Of a stretch of 64,000 bases of DNA, positions 61,806 to 64,000 are shown piece after piece. The stretch lies in contig JAIRKZ010000100.1 of assembly GCA_031259845.1 (NCBI GenBank), forward strand, positions 809 through 64,808, given 5' to 3'. The stretch's first letter is position 1, and every line of letters begins with the position of its first letter. The position numbers and the translations under genes are program-made. Below the pieces are notes generated by a model. The model saw nothing but the letters and a program-made list of their open reading frames with translations, was not told the DNA's origin and did not search any database. Source of the DNA: Tannerellaceae bacterium (lineage in GTDB: Bacteria > Bacteroidota > Bacteroidia > Bacteroidales > Tannerellaceae).

Positions 61806-62564
61806 GGTAAAACCCGACAGTTCCATCTCATTTAATCCCTTAATGGTGATTCCTCCGGGAGTGGTGACTTTATCAATCTCCATTTCCGGATTACTTTTGT
61901 TTGCAAGCAACAGGTCTACTGCGCCTTTTACCGTGTGGACAACTATTTCCTGTGCTTCCCGGGGATAAAAACCTAACTCTACGCCCCCTTCTATGGCAGC
62001 CCTTATGTAGCGAAGCGCAAAGGCTATTCCGCTTGAAGCGAGAGCTGTGCCGGCCATCATCAGGCGCTCTTCTACCAGCATAGTGTTACCCAACTCGCTA
62101 AAGATACGTAAGATTAAGGAGGATTGTTCGTCTGAAGCATTAAGCGCAGAAACGAAAGTCATGCTGCTTAATACCTCTATGGCTGTATTGGGAATGACGC
62201 GGAACAGGGTAGGGGTAGCCATTGAGCCGGTATGTTCAAAGTAAGCCGTCAATTGCTCAAACGTTACGCCGGCAGCTATGGAAACGATGATTTGCCGGTC
62301 GTAGTCAAGTACGCCTTCTATTTCGTTAATAACTCTTTCTACCATCCATGGTTTAACGGCGATGATGATAATATCTGCTTTCCGGGATGCTTCTGCATTA
62401 TCGGTAGACAACCGGAACTCGCTATTGAACGCTTTTATTTTTGCAAGCGACGCTTCCGAGCGGTCTGTACATGTTATATCTGATGCTTTGATAATGGTTC
62501 CCTGCGCAAGTCCGCGCGCGATAGCGCTTCCTATATTACCTGTTCCGATAAGGGTGATTTTCAT
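61770..62564 (-). CDS. proC: pyrroline-5-carboxylate reductase
   Basis: Start moved to ATG 62564; IGTGNIGSA, IAVKP, SIAAGV, RVIPNT, VTTPGGITIKG. Confidence 0.93.
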   Translation of the reverse strand: MKITLIGTGNIGSAIARGLAQGTIIKASDITCTDRSEASLAKIKAFNSEFRLSTDNAEASRKADIIIIAVKPWMVERVINEIEGVLDYDRQIIVSIAAGVTFEQLTAYFEHTGSMATPTLFRVIPNTAIEVLSSMTFVSALNASDEQSSLILRIFSELGNTMLVEERLMMAGTALASSGIAFALRYIRAAIEGGVELGFYPREAQEIVVHTVKGAVDLLLANKSNPEMEIDKVTTPGGITIKGLNEMELSGFTSAVIRGLKKSR

Positions 62565-62679
62565 GATAATTCCTTTATTTAGAATGAATACGAGCCACAA
62601 AAGTAATAAAAAGAATCGCTTATACGGATTGCATGTCGTATCTTTGCCGTAAAAATAATTGAACTTAAAAATAATAGAC

Positions 62680-63861
62680 ATGAAAAGATTATTAATTGCT
62701 GGTTTACTGCTGGCTGCGACGCTAACGAACAGTAGCGCCCAAAACGGAGAAGAATATACCTTTACTCCGGTAAAAGAACTGAAAATAACACCCATCCAAA
62801 ATCAAAACCGTACGGGAACCTGTTGGGCGTTTTCAGGAATTGCCTATTTAGAATCCGAATTGTTGCGCATGGGAAAAGGCGAATACAATTTGTCTGAAAT
62901 GTTTATTGTAAGCCATTCATATAAAGACCAGGCTGCCAAATATGTACGTACCCACGGATCGTTAAACTTTGAGCAGGGAGGTTCTTTTGAAGACGTGCTT
63001 TATGCGGTTAAACATTACGGCGTCATTCCCGAATCGGTGATGGATGGTTTAAATTATGGCGAAGACATGCACGTACATAGCGAATTGGTAAGCGCCGCTT
63101 CGGCCTATGTAAATGCTATCCTGAAAAATCCGAATGGTAAACTGTCTACAGCCTGGAAAAAAGGCTTTGACGGTATCATTGATGCTTATTTAGGAGAAAT
63201 TCCCGGGAAATTCTCCTATAAAGGGAAAGAATATACCCCCTCAGGTTTTGCTAAAGAGTTAGGGCTCAATATAGACGACTATGTTTCTCTTACTTCTTTT
63301 ACACACGAGCCTTTTTATAAACCATTTGCATTGGAAATACCGGACAATTGGCGTTGGGGAATGTCTTATAATGTACCATTAAACGAATTGATGGAAGTTA
63401 TAAAACATGCAATAAATACAGGATATACGGTTGCCTGGGCGTCTGATGTAAGCGAAGCAGGCTTTAGCCGGAACGGAGTAGCGGTAGTCCCTGATGTAAA
63501 AGCAATAGAAACATCCGGTTCCGATCAGGAAAGATGGACAGGATTAAACCAGCGGGAAAAGAATGAAGAAATCCGTAAATTGGCCGAAAAACCCTGCCGG
63601 GAATTAACGATTACCCAGGAAATGCGCCAGGAAGCATACGATAATTACCAAACAACCGACGACCATGGCATGCAAATTTACGGCATTGCCAAAGACCAGG
63701 ACGGTAAAGAATTCTTTATGATTAAAAATTCATGGGGAACAGATAATAAATATAAAGGAATCTGGTACGTATCAGAATCCTTTGTAGCCTACAAAACAAT
63801 GAGCATCGTTATCCACAAAAATGCCATACCCTCTGCCGTCAGGGCAAAATTAGGTTTGTGA
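62680..63861 (+). CDS. C1-family cysteine aminopeptidase (aminopeptidase C-like), secreted
   Basis: Start moved to ATG 62680; QNRTGTCW (catalytic Cys), DDHGMQIYG (His), KNSWG (Asn). Confidence 0.92.
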   Translation: MKRLLIAGLLLAATLTNSSAQNGEEYTFTPVKELKITPIQNQNRTGTCWAFSGIAYLESELLRMGKGEYNLSEMFIVSHSYKDQAAKYVRTHGSLNFEQGGSFEDVLYAVKHYGVIPESVMDGLNYGEDMHVHSELVSAASAYVNAILKNPNGKLSTAWKKGFDGIIDAYLGEIPGKFSYKGKEYTPSGFAKELGLNIDDYVSLTSFTHEPFYKPFALEIPDNWRWGMSYNVPLNELMEVIKHAINTGYTVAWASDVSEAGFSRNGVAVVPDVKAIETSGSDQERWTGLNQREKNEEIRKLAEKPCRELTITQEMRQEAYDNYQTTDDHGMQIYGIAKDQDGKEFFMIKNSWGTDNKYKGIWYVSESFVAYKTMSIVIHKNAIPSAVRAKLGL

Positions 63862-63985
63862 TTTTTAATCGCTGAATTGCCTGCATTAATTTGGCCGTTT
63901 CAAAAAAAGGATGTAATTTCGTCCCCGGAAAGAAAAGCAGGCATTAAATAATAATAATATCTTTAAGAGAAAAGATATTCAGGAT

Positions 63986-64000
63986 GCTCGGATGGTGGAA
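63986..64000 (+). tRNA. 5' end of a probable tRNA-Leu, cut by the window edge
   Basis: GCTCGGATGGTGGAA fits acceptor-stem 5' strand, T8 and the TGGYGGAA D-arm start typical of Leu tRNAs; only 15 nt visible. Confidence 0.5.

Overview
Chromosomal window from a Bacteroidales bacterium (TAnnTTTG promoters, SusC/SusD pairs, Tannerellaceae/Parabacteroides-like gene order). Left arm (1-10.2 kb): two serine-hydrolase genes (one a YdjC/ChbG deacetylase fusion absent from the ORF track), ompH, pepD, a lipoprotein, an EEP nuclease-family gene and an M23 peptidase. At 10.4-11.2 kb a sigma-54-type promoter precedes an AnfH-like nitrogenase Fe-protein gene that is cut after codon 148 and fused to a decayed IS66 element; no other nif/anf gene is in the window. 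A visibly AT-richer 27-kb polysaccharide utilisation locus follows (11.3-38.6 kb, minus strand): ECF sigma/FecR, tandem susCD-susCD, DUF1735 and PKD lipoproteins, a GH20-like enzyme, three tandem GH16 paralogues, two uncharacterised lipoproteins, a GH9-like enzyme and an HGSNAT/NagX-like membrane protein. It also holds a mini-IS4 and a probable antisense sRNA. Right arm: pgm, hpt-adk-obgE, zapA-rny, a Tat-exported oxidoreductase/TIM-barrel pair, GH106, an orphan susCD, an HU-like gene with a palindromic repeat array in its leader, a pRiA4b ORF3-family gene, proline genes (pruA, PRODH, proC), a C1 aminopeptidase and the start of a probable tRNA-Leu. Three unrelated 22-bp-period palindrome arrays occur in intergenic DNA. 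All family calls come from motif recognition by eye, not database searches.
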